A DNA stretch of 63,274 nt, filler included, from Globobulimina sp. (GCA_003354225.1; 53 parts of 53 records of this genome joined end to end with filler, not necessarily neighbours in it), one strand, 5' to 3'; numbered from the whole stretch's first letter, positions 48,839 to 62,079 are shown. Notes: generated by a model from the sequence alone, not told the origin. Translations and numbers: made by a program.

Positions 48839-48906
48839 GTGCAACAACAGGATTTGAACCTGTATCCCTGGCGATCGCCAGTGCTCTATATTTGAGCTAT
48901 GTGCAC
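48839..48906 (-). ncRNA. tRNA-like element 3 (anticodon arm is the palindrome CTGGCGATCGCCAG)
   Basis: GTGCACA-TA-GCTC/AAATATA/GAGC-A-CTGGCGATCGCCAG-GGAT-ACAGG/TTCAAAT/CCTGT-TGTTGCAC. Confidence 0.8.
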
Positions 48907-49034
48907 ATAAACAATCACAGAACGCAAGGATACTNNNNNNNNNNNNNNNNNNNNNNNNNNNNNNNNNNNNNNNNNNNNTTAATTAATTAANNNNNNNNNN
49001 NNNNNNNNNNNNNNNNNNNNNNNNNNNNNNNNNN

Positions 49035-50007
49035 GGACAATCTCTCCATAATTCTGGCATACTCTGAACTTTTTATTGCGACATAATTCACATTTAAATC
49101 GTGTCTCGACGAACCGCCTCTACTCAGCATCTCTGGCATGGACACATCCCTTCCCATCATAGCAAGATGAGGTTGTTTGTTAAGATCATTGTTATCGTTG
49201 TTTGCACGTAGCAGCCGCGACAAATACTGACTATGTTGCTCCTTTTTAAGTGAATTGCAACGTTGCCAGTGTTGACAGGGAGGAAATAGAGAGTTAACGT
49301 ACCGAGTAAAAGGCAGCAGATCGTTGTAAATTTCCAGGGAAAGAGTTGAGATCATTTTTGGTGTAATCGTGAATGGCATATTGCTGTAGCAATTTGGCAG
49401 TATTTGAATGCATGTTTTTCACACTATTTTCGCACAAAAGATTGGTTTTCTTCCACGATTGATGCACAGCAATGCGCTGCGAACATAATTTGCTTAAATA
49501 GGCAAATAATAACGTTTTGTGATACAAATTCTGCAACGAGTCGCCGTTTGGTTGGGAGGACAATTTGTTGATGGCGACGCTGCCGAATATTAATAATGAC
49601 AGCGATTTGCTGTAGTTATAGGAGGATTTGATCATATCTGGGAACAATGTGTTGCCATAATTGGGCGCTCTGCGCCCATTTAACCAGTTTTTGGCCTTTG
49701 CTTCGAATTCTAAATAGCTGCTGGGCTCAGTGGATGTGTTACGGGTTTTGATGCCATTCCATTCTGATAAAAATGTTAAATATTTCAATGGGTGCGGCAC
49801 GTCATAAAGGTATAGATTGTTATGAGGGTGGCTGTGGTTGTAAGTGTTTAGATTAATCTCAAGCATTGAATTTATTCTTGACGTCTCTGAATTTACTATT
49901 TCAGTCCAACTTAATGCTCGTTGACGAATATTCTTTGTTTCCATTTCAATTAATATTCTACGACATTTGTTTAACCATTGTTGCGAATGTCTAGTATTGG
50001 ACGACAT
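49035..50007 (-). CDS. Hypothetical protein with a frameshift near 49380
   Basis: Two overlapping same-strand ORFs. Confidence 0.5.
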
Positions 50008-50229
50008 GGATAGAGGTAAAAATAATATATGAATATAAAAAATAAATGATCAAACTGCCAACAAAAAAGAAAGGATGCTCGTCTGAGGAAGTGAGTGGAG
50101 TAGTAAAAATGTATAGAAATAACAAAAAANNNNNNNNNNNNNNNNNNNNNNNNNNNNNNNNNNNNNNNNNNNNTTAATTAATTAANNNNNNNNNNNNNNN
50201 NNNNNNNNNNNNNNNNNNNNNNNNNNNNN

Positions 50230-51324
50230 TTCAAAATAGCACTTTTTATGTTTGAAGGCATTTTTTAATAATTCTCTGCGATGCAATAAGGTCAAATCCA
50301 TTGTAATCTCGCCGTTAATCATCAAAATATCAAAAGCCATATAACATAAATGTTGCCTGTTATTTGTGTCTTTATTTTGTGCCACAGTCCGATTGCTGCC
50401 AAAAGGGATAAACGCACCCAAATCTTCATCAAAACTCATCATTTCTCCATCCAAAATACAAGAATCGCATTGAAATTGAGACTTTATCACATCACCAAAG
50501 GCAGCGACATATCCATACTTTGCTTCTAAATCAATGCTGTTTCGGCTCCAAAACATGACCTTATTCTCGCTGCGTCGGTAATGAATCATAACTCGTTCGC
50601 CGTCAAACTTTATCTCAATCCCAAATCCCCCCTTTATAGCATTTGTAACCTGATTCCAATGCCTTCGCGACGCCAACATTGGTTTTATCGGATGGAATAA
50701 CTCGATTTGCAGACATTTCCCCGTTGGATATTTATTTGGATCACTGATAACTTGGCAACATTTCAGCAGCGACGAGGTTTGGTTGTAAATATCCCACGAA
50801 TTCGGATGGAATGCTTTCAAAACCGACTCGTGTCTCACTCCGCACTTCAAATCTTTTAAAATGATCCGAATGAACCACTTTTGTTCGCAGGCCGTATACG
50901 AACGCATTAAGGATTGGAAAAACTGAGTTTTTAATGCTTGCGAATTGCAGTCAAAATGTAAGCGATTTAAATCAATGTTGACCTGAAAGAGTGTTGTACG
51001 CGTTTTAGAGACACATCTTTGGCGCAACACAGAAAATAAACAATTTGTAAAATCGCCAACCTGCGTTCCCGCATACTTTGGATTTTTAAAATGAATCAAT
51101 TTCTTTGCATGCGATGAGGTTTTGGTCAAAGGGATGGCGCAAATATATAAATCCGCGATTTTCTTCTCTTTCATGCCGTACCCTCTCCGTTTCAGATCCA
51201 ACTGAGGCAGTAATAGCCGCATCAAAGGGAACCAATGTTTGCCCCCTTTCGATTTGAGTAATTTCCATAACTCCTCCAACAATTCTCTTTTTTTACTGCT
51301 TTTGCTTTGTTCAGAAACACGTTC
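50230..51324 (-). CDS. LIG4: DNA ligase IV (DNA-binding and adenylation domains, partial)
   Basis: MRLLLPQLD..R..YGMKE, EQKWFIRIILKDLK, KPMLA, EIKFDGER, ILDGEM and AFDIL. Confidence 0.93.
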
Positions 51325-51424
51325 NNNNNNNNNNNNNNNNNNNNNNNNNNNNNNNNNNNNNNNNNNNNTTAATTAATTAANNNNNNNNNNNNNNNNNNNN
51401 NNNNNNNNNNNNNNNNNNNNNNNN

Positions 51425-52419
51425 ATACGTATTAACGTATTTGAGAATTTATAATATAATAATTCTTTTTTAATCTCTGTAATCAATAATTGCTGATCAG
51501 ATAATATTTTTTTGTTTGCTTTTGTTTTTTTATTTTGTTTAAATCTTTGCGATAAACCATGTATAATATTGCCCAATATCTGATTGCTATCATTGTTATT
51601 TATGATTGCATCGACCGTATATTTATTGGCAATGATAAACTCCCGGATTACAAAATGTATTCCTATCGATATAGTACTTATTATCGATAATATCTCATCG
51701 TAATTATATGAGTACATATATTTATTATTGATATTATTTATTAAAAACGTTTTCAATTTGGACGCGGGCCCTTTTTTCAATAATTTAAAATTTAAATAAA
51801 TCTTTGTGATAAACTCTTTTTTTGCTAATTGCATGCATTTATTTAAGGCAATGCCATCCAGACTTTCCTTTTTTATTTTTTCTTTCATATCATTATAAGT
51901 GTCGATTTCTTGTTGTTCGTCAAAAATACCATATAAAATGTTGCAAAATGTAATACAGTCACTTTGTGTTTCCACGCTGCGTTTCCTTCTTTTCCTGCTT
52001 ATTTCCTTTGTTTTTTCCTCTTCCTCGACCTCGTCTTCTCTGCCTCTGTCCCCATTGAATGCATTTAGTGACACATTTAAACCATGGATTAAACCAAAAA
52101 AATCAAATCGATACTTAATAATTAATAGATTATTATTATTATTATTATTGACAATAAATCCATATGGTATGGCAACAGAAAACGCGTTGCGGCCAAAACG
52201 TATATTTAGAGAAGGACTGCCTTCTTCCAATTTAAATGATTCTTGTTTTTGATTGAAATATTCATCGATTGTTTGATTAATATAAACATCAAATGGATAC
52301 CACATATTTTTAGTATGTCCAATAGACCTTTGGAATTTATCCGGTCGAATTCGCCTTGAGTTCGAGTGCTTGAAACCTATGGTGGAGTGTATATGATCTA
52401 TAAAGGGGTTTGTATGCAA
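51425..52419 (-). CDS. Hypothetical protein (partial)
   Basis: Long ORF; no recognised domain. Confidence 0.5.
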
Positions 52420-52619
52420 ATATATTTCTCTACATCGAGTCGCTTGATATTGAAATAAAAAGAATTTATGATTTATATGTTTGGTTTAATTATTAATTAT
52501 ATTCAAATCAATCCATGACNNNNNNNNNNNNNNNNNNNNNNNNNNNNNNNNNNNNNNNNNNNNTTAATTAATTAANNNNNNNNNNNNNNNNNNNNNNNNN
52601 NNNNNNNNNNNNNNNNNNN

Positions 52620-53124
52620 AAATGGATTTGAAAGCAAATTGCGATATTTGTAAATAAAGGGCACTTCGTAGGTCAGCAGTGTGCCATCGTCAACCCGCAA
52701 TATTTTTCGAGTAATGTTGTTTTGTTCGTATCTTTGCAATTTAACAGTGTACCACAATATCATTACGCTGTATACATAGAGCATTAGAAAAGTAAATGTC
52801 AAGCAGACAAATTAAAGCACAGTGCACATACCGTCCCACTACAAATCCATAGCCTAACATTAAAACACCAAATTGATTGAGTAAGATGTAAATATTTGTT
52901 TGAATGAATTGATGGATTCTCAGATATGTTATCATTGATTTCCAGATGATTTGCACTGAGGTCAAAATAAGACAACACATCCAAAAAATGGGATGACGAA
53001 TTCGATAGACCGGATTGTTCTGTTTGTGATGCAAGTGATACTTCCAAAAGAACAGGACACATAAAAGTTGCATGAATCCCCACATAGCGATACCAAATAA
53101 TGCATAATCTTGTACATATTCCAT
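52620..53124 (-). CDS. Multi-pass membrane protein 5' part with an intron
   Basis: TM1, then YRIRHP and further TM segments; GT-AG break near 52800-52830. Confidence 0.6.
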
Positions 53125-53265
53125 CGACGCTTAATTGGATTTTGTTTAATTATAACTATAAATGGCTAATTATAACCAATTATGACAACTTTTTCTTTTT
53201 AAATAGAAGCACTGGATTATGGTAGCTGTGCAGAGCAATTTATTATGCCGGCGACGGAATTTATT

Positions 53266-53328
53266 GTGATGATAGCTCATTGAGAGCATCTTATTAAATA
53301 AGATTTGGGTTCAAATCCCAACCATCCT
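53266..53328 (+). ncRNA. tRNA-like element 4
   Basis: GTGATGA-TA-GCTC/ATTGA/GAGC-A-TCTTAT/TAA/ATAAGA-T-TTGGG/TTCAAAT/CCCAA-CCATCCT; T6 run at 53341. Confidence 0.75.
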
Positions 53329-53817
53329 GGGTTCAAATAGTTTTTTCTCTGGTACAAAGGGAAAAAAACTGTCTTTGCTGAGTTCAACTCCGTGAGGACT
53401 TTATCATCTTTTCAATGTTGTTTCCAAGGTCTAGGGTGGGTCCTCGTACTTAGCCTAATGATTTAGAAACTTACTTTTGCAGAATAGAAACGGGCCGGTG
53501 GCAAACTTTAACAAGAAGAAACCAAATTGAATTCTATCGAAGATCGATACATACGAGTTGTATGTCAATAGGTATAGATAATTATACATTGTCAATGCAA
53601 AACTAAAAATATAACGGAATTAAATTTGTGTTTATACAAAAGTGATCCTTTAGGTTTTTGTGATGTGTATACAATGACTGTGACTCAGGGAACATCCCCA
53701 AAACAGAATCAAAANNNNNNNNNNNNNNNNNNNNNNNNNNNNNNNNNNNNNNNNNNNNTTAATTAATTAANNNNNNNNNNNNNNNNNNNNNNNNNNNNNN
53801 NNNNNNNNNNNNNNAAA

Positions 53818-54733
53818 GTGGGCATAATTATTAATACAACTTTTCAAACGGATGAAAAAAAACGGGATGGAACAGAAGAGGAACCAGATGAGGATGAAAA
53901 GGCTGTGATTATATTAACACAAAAATTAAAACAAGAAAGCAAAAATACACAAATTATGAAGGAAAATACAAAAAAAGCTTTTTTACGCATGACAACATTC
54001 TCAAAGAATGAAAGATATCGATGGCTTCAATCAGAAGAAGACGATGAGAAAAAGTTGAATAGCTCGCAGTGTGTATTGGTCATTCAACAGAATCCAATTT
54101 GGGTAAGATTGCAAAATGGTAAAATTAAAAAGAATGTATCAAACAATCTGTTATCAGTATCACCGATAATTGATGGTGATGGTATTGGTGATATTAATCA
54201 ATATAATCAACACTTCTTTACATGTTTTGTAAATGCTATGAATGCTATTAATCAATGGAAAGTCGTTGCAGCGAGTCATGGGCTGGATAGAGCACAAAGA
54301 TTATTGTCCAAACAAACAGCGAATGCTATTTGGAGTGGAGAGAAAGCGCGTTAAGTATATGTTTACTTAAATTGTGTGAAATTGGTGGCATGTTTGTTAT
54401 TCACCAGTTCCTCAATGGTTTGTTATTGAGACTGATATTCCTGTACTGGTTGCACAATTTGAATGGAAGAATCGTTATTATGACTCGAATACCATCAAGG
54501 AATTTAAATTACAAGTCTCAAACCGATTGGATGGTTATAATAAAGATAATAATAATTGGATTGATGTACAATCATTTACCAGTAAGAAAAGTGCTGTGTG
54601 GCAAAAATTTCCTGTATCCAGTAATAAAAATACACAAAGATCCAGATATTGGAGATTTTTTGTATTGAGTACTTATGGGGGATGTACTGCTTTGGATCAT
54701 TTAAAATTGACATTTAGTGGATATCATCGCTAG
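53818..54733 (+). CDS. Protein with a C-terminal discoidin (F5/8 type C)-like domain; intron 54350-54407
   Basis: Spliced AIWSGEKA|LPQWFVIE...IKEFKLQVS...RYWRFFVLSTYG. Confidence 0.75.
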
Positions 54734-55099
54734 CGTGATGAATTAACAAAATCATTTGACTTTTTAGGCTTAAACTTCTAAACACTTCTTTTGTGATTGG
54801 CAAGGTTTTTGGGTTAGCTAGAGTGGTTTTCAACCAAGTATTCGAAGTTGACCTAGGATTCGAACCACTGTTGCTGTAGTGTTGCATCATCAGTTAACGA
54901 GTCACGTCCNNNNNNNNNNNNNNNNNNNNNNNNNNNNNNNNNNNNNNNNNNNNTTAATTAATTAANNNNNNNNNNNNNNNNNNNNNNNNNNNNNNNNNNN
55001 NNNNNNNNNCAATTTACAGATATTTTTATCTATGATTTTGATTCGCGAAAATGGATTACTTCCAATAAGAAACTGCCGCAAGCAAATAGGGAGTTTTCA

Positions 55100-56104
55100 A
55101 TGGCGTTTGTTAACTATGAAATACACTCATTTTCTGGTTGTAGAGGGCCGAGCCGCCACAATGAGCATTATGTGTTACGTACGCCGTCCACCAAAGAGTT
55201 GGCCATTCGAGAATTATCCAAATCGGATGAGGAGAAACGCAAACAAAAAGAGAATGTGGCAAAGAAAAAGACATTACTACGCAAGCGGATTGCTACTGAA
55301 TTTTATATCATTCCGGAATCTACAAAACCACCCACCATTCCACATGCCATTGATGCGACGGTTTATCCCTTCATTTTGAAGAAAAAAAAACCAAAAGCAA
55401 AGCAAAAAATACCATTGGACTCAAAGGATAATAAGCATATAATTTTCAAATATAAGGAAGATTTTGATGAAAATGGCGTGTTTTATGCGTTGGGTACCAA
55501 TTTCGGCAAGGAAGCGTACAAAAATCCGGCCACCATTGGCAAAGTAAAAATTGTTACCTCCAAAATGAATACCGACAGTAAGCCGTCATATGAGTTTATC
55601 GGACGGAACAAGACACGGACATTGACTCAAAATCTACAGCCGTCATTTTTCTATGTCGATTTTGGAAAATATGGATTAAAGCCGACACATTATACGCTGC
55701 GGCATTATATAACGAAGGCCACGCATCATTTGAAATATTGGGAGTTTCAGGGCTCCAATGATGCACAGAATTGGGTGTGTTTGAAGAAACATAATGACGA
55801 TGCCTCATTGAAGGGAGTGTCTAAAGCACATACCTGGCAGTTACAAATAAACGATATGGATGAATATTATTCATATTTCCGAGTCTGGGTCACCGGTGCC
55901 ACTGATTATGGCAATTGGAATTTAACCTGTTCCGGGCTCGAAATATACGGAGAATGGTGTGAGTTGAAAGAAGTGGAACAGGAGGAAGACCCAGAGATTA
56001 CTCAACAGAATGCATTGATGGAACGGTCAGGCTTTGATACTGTGAAAAGTATTACATTTTCTATAAATAAGCGCATCCATGGAATTAATGGTAAATCGCG
56101 CAGT
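55100..56104 (+). CDS. HECTD1-like galactose-binding/discoidin domain protein (partial)
   Basis: DFDENGVFYALGT, NPA, PTHYTLRH, WEFQGSND, H..D.SL and SGLEIYG. Confidence 0.8.
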
Positions 56105-56219
56105 NNNNNNNNNNNNNNNNNNNNNNNNNNNNNNNNNNNNNNNNNNNNTTAATTAATTAANNNNNNNNNNNNNNNNNNNNNNNNNNNNNNNNNNNNNNNN
56201 NNNNCCTAAATGTATCGCA

Positions 56220-56565
56220 ATGTTTTTCAAATGTTCAACTTACTTTAAGCATCGTTTCCTAGTTCAAATTCTACCAGCTATTAACAACAGACCCGTTTCA
56301 AAACCCACAATGTCACAAGTTGCCAATTTCCAACCAGCTGCAGAACAGAAAACAATGGATAACAATCTAAATTATAAAAACAATTATTACAAACTAACGC
56401 CGATGAAACTCTGTGGTGCTATCGTTTCCAATATAGATTTATCCACAACAAAACTATCCAAAGATTTAATGGAATCCATAAGAAACGATATCCATAAACA
56501 TAAATTATTAATATTTAAAAATCAAGGTCTTGATAATAACAATGTTATACCACCGCTTAAAAGTG
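56220..56565 (+). CDS. TauD/TfdA-family dioxygenase N-terminus with a possible transit peptide
   Basis: LTP...GAIVSNIDLS...IRNDIHKHKLLIFKNQ. Confidence 0.7.
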
Positions 56566-56719
56566 TATGTATTGCCACTTTACACCAAACAAAAACAAAT
56601 GTTTCTTAATATTTATATGTATATACGTTCATAATTTAAACAGATTGAAATTGCAAATTATTTGGGCAAAATAATATCCTCTCATTACAACCATCCGGCA
56701 GCGCCACATCGAGATATAT

Positions 56720-56910
56720 TTCGTGTCAGCAATGATGAAGCCAGTGGCTGTCGCTGACATACCAAAACCATTTACCCCGGCTGATGTGGCAAAACCCTCA
56801 CGACCAGCTTGTAGAAATATGGGCACATAGGCATTATAAATCCCCCATAAAATGGTGGTCCCCATAAATCCAAAACCGAGCAAAAGCAGTCGACGATAAC
56901 TGAACTTCAT
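56720..56910 (-). CDS. Bacterial MFS (sugar/SLC45-like) transporter N-terminus, truncated
   Basis: LLGFGFMG...W.IYNAYVPIFLQ; Shine-Dalgarno-like AAGGAAGG upstream. Confidence 0.8.
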
Positions 56911-57109
56911 TGCATTTCCTTCCTTTAGATGGACGAATAAAAGTCTGCTAAATTAAAGCTCTCAAAGGATTATTCAACAGCTGATACCCGAGAAGATAGG
57001 GGAATACAATAATCCAGGTCCTTATTATTTTACAATAGAATTAATTGGTAATATTAGATGAGTGCTTAACTTTGGGCCTCTTACGCTAACCAATCAGGGA
57101 GCCCCATAA

Positions 57110-57299
57110 ATGGATTTTTTCAAGCGCTACATCATGTTTATCCAATTGTTGTTTATGAATTGGGTAGGCAAGACAGGTGTTATTCTGGCCAGCACTGCTT
57201 TCTTCTCCTTTTTTATTCTGGAAGGTCTGTCAATGATTGGTGTCTTTCGAAGCACCTACACGGGGATCGTCACCTATTTCATCATTCCTCTCATCTTTA
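57110..57299 (+). CDS. Bacterial membrane protein N-terminus resembling NapC/NirT-family cytochrome c anchors
   Basis: NWVGK.GVIL.S.AF..F.ILE...G...Y.GIVTY...P.IF with GGAG upstream; the heme motifs would lie beyond the contig. Confidence 0.55.
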
Positions 57300-57400
57300 N
57301 NNNNNNNNNNNNNNNNNNNNNNNNNNNNNNNNNNNNNNNNNNNTTAATTAATTAANNNNNNNNNNNNNNNNNNNNNNNNNNNNNNNNNNNNNNNNNNNNA

Positions 57401-57505
57401 AGATTATTCAAAATAAAAACATTGAAAGTCAAAATTGAATTGTTAAAGGTTGTGTTTCATCGGGAACCATTAACATTTTATTATTAACCTATTTTCCTTC
57501 CAAAA
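57401..57505 (+). repeat. Dispersed ~105-bp repeat (copy of 21276-21379)
   Basis: Near-identical sequence. Confidence 0.9.
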
Positions 57506-57575
57506 TTAATCATCTTACTGTCGACACCGTCGGATATTGAATTAAAATTATAGCCGGCTACCTACGAATTGAACC

Positions 57576-58494
57576 ATGTCAACCATAGCCGGCAATACCT
57601 ACGAATATGACACACCAACAAAAACGAGAACTATCACCATAACCACTTCCAACACAGCCGACTCCATTGATTGCAACGAAGCCACTGCTCCAGGCCCAAA
57701 CCCCCTCACTAACCAGCACAGATGCTACATAATATGCAACGACGCCGATGCTAAAATGTCTGGGGAATTGAATTGTCGCGACGCGGGTGTCTGTGAGATG
57801 AAAAGTAACGTAGCACAGTGCTGGCACTCCGGTATCATAAATGCCACGGCAGCCACCAACTTCATATTGAATACGGAATATAAAACTGCAGAACAATGCA
57901 CAATGCATCTTCCCTATCGAGGCACGGCCACAATCTATGCCAATGCCAAAGGCGACGGCGTCTTCAAAAAAACCACACTCATCAGCCATGAAACCAACTC
58001 TATAAACATCACTATCATTGACTCGAGCGGCACCAACGATGACTACAAAGAAGAATGTGACGGCTTAAATATCCACGCCGAAGACGCGCAATTTCTAAAA
58101 TTGACGCTAATCGATGCCGATTATCAAACTGAGAATGCTCCCTATCTTTCTGCCATATATTGTCCATCCAACAGCAACCTATCACCGTCCTGCATTATTG
58201 ATGCAACGAGTGAAGAGCGTGTGGCTGATTTGGATATTTATGCCATTGCTGGAGCACCGCAAAACGTTATGTATTATGGCTCTGACACTACTGCAGCCAG
58301 TGTACAGTTGCATTGTTTGGCGGGCTATACAGCGACGAGCGGCATCAATGGCAATACAGACACATTTGATACCGGCCCATGTTTTATAACGCAGAGTCCG
58401 ACTCTAAATCCCACAAAAACACCAACACAAAGCCCGACAAAAACACCTACTCAAAGTCCGAGCAAATCACCACCAATAAATCCGAGCAAATCAC
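57576..58494 (+). CDS. Cys-rich extracellular protein with a PT-repeat stalk (partial)
   Basis: Cys/Thr/Asn-rich domain, then SPTLNPTKTPTQSPTKTPTQSPS. Confidence 0.7.
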
Positions 58495-58594
58495 NNNNNN
58501 NNNNNNNNNNNNNNNNNNNNNNNNNNNNNNNNNNNNNNTTAATTAATTAANNNNNNNNNNNNNNNNNNNNNNNNNNNNNNNNNNNNNNNNNNNN

Positions 58595-59689
58595 CGTGTG
58601 TATTGTATCAATCAGATGGATTCTAAAAGGAAAGACTTCAATTCTTCGAATTGACAAAGTTAGAAATTACCAAATTTTCACTTTTTGGAAAAGTTGGTCA
58701 CAAGTTTCTATTTTGTTTATTATGTGATTTAAAGAATATATTTTGTTGTGTTGAGTGATATAGATAGCTATGCAAACCATTTAAATCAGTTTCAGTAACA
58801 GCAGATTTTGTAAAGTTAAGGTTGCCATGATGTCTGGTCTCCGTTTTTGTATTTAACGATATATACAGATATTTAATCAAAACCAATGCAATATGTCCCA
58901 TGAATAATAATGAAAAGATAAATAATTTATTTCTAAATGTTGCATTTTATCCTCATTATGGCAGTTGTATCAAATTATCTCTTTTGTGCTGACAACTCAA
59001 ATATTCATCTCTCTCTCAATGAATCCTCAAATTCATCTTTCTTGTATATAGCTATGGCAATCGCCATCAAATTTAACGAATAATTATAAATGATATCACA
59101 TATAGATTATAGAGCTGGAATAGCTACACAGTCTAAATAAAACAACACCAAAATTTGCAATTGATATATATCGATATCACAATCAATATCATATTATCGA
59201 TCGATATACCATTGCGTATAAGTTGATACGGCTCTGTAACCATAGTAGTTTTTGCCTTAAGATGCCCGTCAAATTAATGTGATTCACAAATAACATAAAC
59301 CAATTAATACACCAATACAGTATACTGCTTCATGTGATTTGCCATAGAAATAAATTCCATTTATCTTTTCATTATTATTCATGGGAGATATTGCATTGGT
59401 TTTGATTAAATATCTGTATATATATCGTCAAATACAAAAACGGAGACCAGACATCATGGCAACCTTAACTTTACAAAATCTGCTGTTACTGAAACTGATT
59501 TAGATGGTTAGTATAGCTATCTATATCACTCAACACAACAAAATATATTCTTTAACTCACATAATAAACCAAATAGAAACTTGTGACCAACTTTTCCAAA
59601 AAGTGAAAATTTGGTAATTTCTAACTTTGTCAATTCGAAGAATTGAAGTCTTTCCTTTTAGAATCCATCTGATTGATACAATACACACG
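58595..59689. mobile_element. Long imperfect inverted repeat (arms 58595-58935 and 59345-59689) around a ~410-bp non-coding core
   Basis: The contig ends are reverse complements over ~340 bp with scattered substitutions and indels. Confidence 0.85.
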
Positions 59690-59789
59690 NNNNNNNNNNN
59701 NNNNNNNNNNNNNNNNNNNNNNNNNNNNNNNNNTTAATTAATTAANNNNNNNNNNNNNNNNNNNNNNNNNNNNNNNNNNNNNNNNNNNN

Positions 59790-60883
59790 ATTAATCTGTT
59801 TTCAAATTCACTATCATTTATTGGAAATTCAACAACTTTTAATGAAGAAGCAATCCCTATCATTTCTTTAATTGTTTTTTCAATAATCATATTTCCTCTT
59901 TCTTGTTGATGTAGAACAAATAATACATTTGTATCTTTAAAACCGGCCATAAAATCTTCTTGTATAGGTAAAGAAATAACACAATAATTCGATAAAAGTC
60001 TTTTTGCAATTCTTACATAATTTTTATTACTGACAATGCAAACTCTGTCATCTTTAATGCCTTCATGTTTAACATTATTTTTGGACATTGTTGGTGAATA
60101 ATTTATTGCAGATTCAATAATTGCATTTACTTTATGGCTATTTAACGGTGGTTTGCATGCTTTTTTATTTTTTTCTTTTACAATTTTTGAGAATACTAAG
60201 ACTGGAAACCGATTATAACTTATTTTGAGAGCATACTTAAACAATTCATAACATCTCATTCCTTTAGTAAATGTTTCCCAATATTTATTTTTGGGAGTAT
60301 CTATCCTTTTTAATAACCAGAGTGGAGGTTTAACAAAATTGTCTACATTAGATATTCCCCCATTTTTCCATGTATTTTTTTTCCCGCTTGAATGTGAGCT
60401 TGGAGGGGCTACAACGTAATCTCCCTCACACATTACATTAATCCCAGGGAGTAATATATTTCTGCTTATTGCCTTCCCTTCTGGATCATAGAAATATAAA
60501 TGTCTTCTTCCGTTGTCTGTTATAACTTCGGCTGTTTTCGGTAATTCTGGACAATTTGCGAGTTCATCTTTACTGCCCATATCAACATCTAAAACGCTAA
60601 TACCTGATAACGAACCCGTAGCGACTCCGATATTAGAGTCTGGCCATTTCTCGTACCATTCTTTTATTTGTTTTTTATCAGTTGTGGCATCTTTAAAACC
60701 GTTTTTTGTTCGGGGGTGCTTCCCTTGATTTGTGCAATTTGGATTGTTGCATGAACAGCCATCGCCAATCGGGTTATGCAAGGGAAATACTTGCCAACCA
60801 ATTTTTGCATATTTTAAAGCGTATCTTTTATTATTTAAAGTTCTTATTCCTCTATTCTTATTTACAGTTTTCGTAATTTTCTC
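59790..60883 (-). CDS. Bifunctional DNA primase/polymerase (Prim-Pol) with a PriCT-like region, phage/plasmid type (partial)
   Basis: ALKYA..GWQVFPL, CSC...C...GKHP, DATTD, NIGVATG, LDVD, HLYF, YVVAPPS and CKPPL. Confidence 0.9.
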
Positions 60884-60984
60884 CNNNNNNNNNNNNNNNN
60901 NNNNNNNNNNNNNNNNNNNNNNNNNNNNTTAATTAATTAANNNNNNNNNNNNNNNNNNNNNNNNNNNNNNNNNNNNNNNNNNNN

Positions 60985-62079
60985 GGCCGGCGTCTTCAGC
61001 GAAAAAATCCCCCCGGGATTCAAATGTTTCAGGCCGTTTTCGAAATGTTCTTTGGTAAACAACGGAGCGCTTCCGGAAAAGGTCGGCAGGTCTGCGCCAT
61101 TTACAATGATATCGTACTTTTTGTCTGTCAGATGGAGGTAATTTTTACCGTCCATATATACCATATTGACTTTTTCGTTCAGCTGGTCGCCAAGATTGAT
61201 ATGAGGAAAGAATTTCAAAGCCATTTGAACCATTTCAGGAGCAATTTCCACACAATCGATCTGCCTTGGCTTGTGTGAGGACATACACGCTGTGGTCTCA
61301 CCACCGCCGAACCCGATAGATAAAATGTCCTTTGCATTTTTATTGAGAAAAAGCCCTAAATGTCCTAATGTTATCTGAGCAACACGATGTATTTCATCTC
61401 CTGCAATTGAAATTTTTCCTGAAGTTAATATTAGTTCGCCTTTTTCATTTTCCTGAACAGAAACTGTGGTCGTGAGCCCTTCATGTGCCGCTAAAAGTGT
61501 CTTGAAATCAGGTTTGGCCCCGGTACGGATAACGTTTTTGACATAAGTATCCGAAGGTCTTCCGGCAACAATAATTGTCAGCGCAATAACTATACCGGCG
61601 ACCATAAATCGTTTAATTGTTTGAAATTTCAAAGTAAATATCTGCATCAGCAGCATCCCGAGCCATACAGCCGCAAGACCGAGAATGGTGATGGAAATCT
61701 GTACTCCCAGCAAAGGAATCAGGACGAATCCCACTAAGATGCCGCCCAGAACCGCGCCAATTGTATTAATTCCATACACTGTTCCGGTAGTCTCTCCGAC
61801 CTTGTGCTGCTGATTGCTCCATGCCTGCAACGCCAGCGGGAAGCCGATACCCATTGTAATTGCCGGCAGCAGGAAGAGAACAGCACTTTGGAATAGTATA
61901 TTAATGATAACAGCACAGAATATGCCGGTTATTTTTGACAATTCATTCAAGAAGAGCAAATTCACTTCATGTACAACGGCCAGCCAGTAATTGAGCAAGT
62001 CTATGTAAAATATTCCAAGTATTCCCATACATGCGAGAGTTATTCCAAAAGCTGCAGCAGGATATTTAATCCGGCTGGA
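60985..62079 (-). CDS. Bacterial fused MFS-like membrane domain/spermidine synthase (partial)
   Basis: MGIGFPL, YGINTIGA, IGFGGGET, VEIAPE and DGKNYL..YDII. Confidence 0.9.

Noticed and set aside
54810-54870. Seventh tRNA-like element (GGGTTAGCTAGAGTGG; GGATTCGAACC)
   Set aside because: The A-box-like and B-box-like parts lie on opposite strands with no cloverleaf; at most a remnant.
59790-62079. Prim-Pol and spermidine synthase as an operon or prophage
   Set aside because: Separate contigs; adjacency comes from concatenation.
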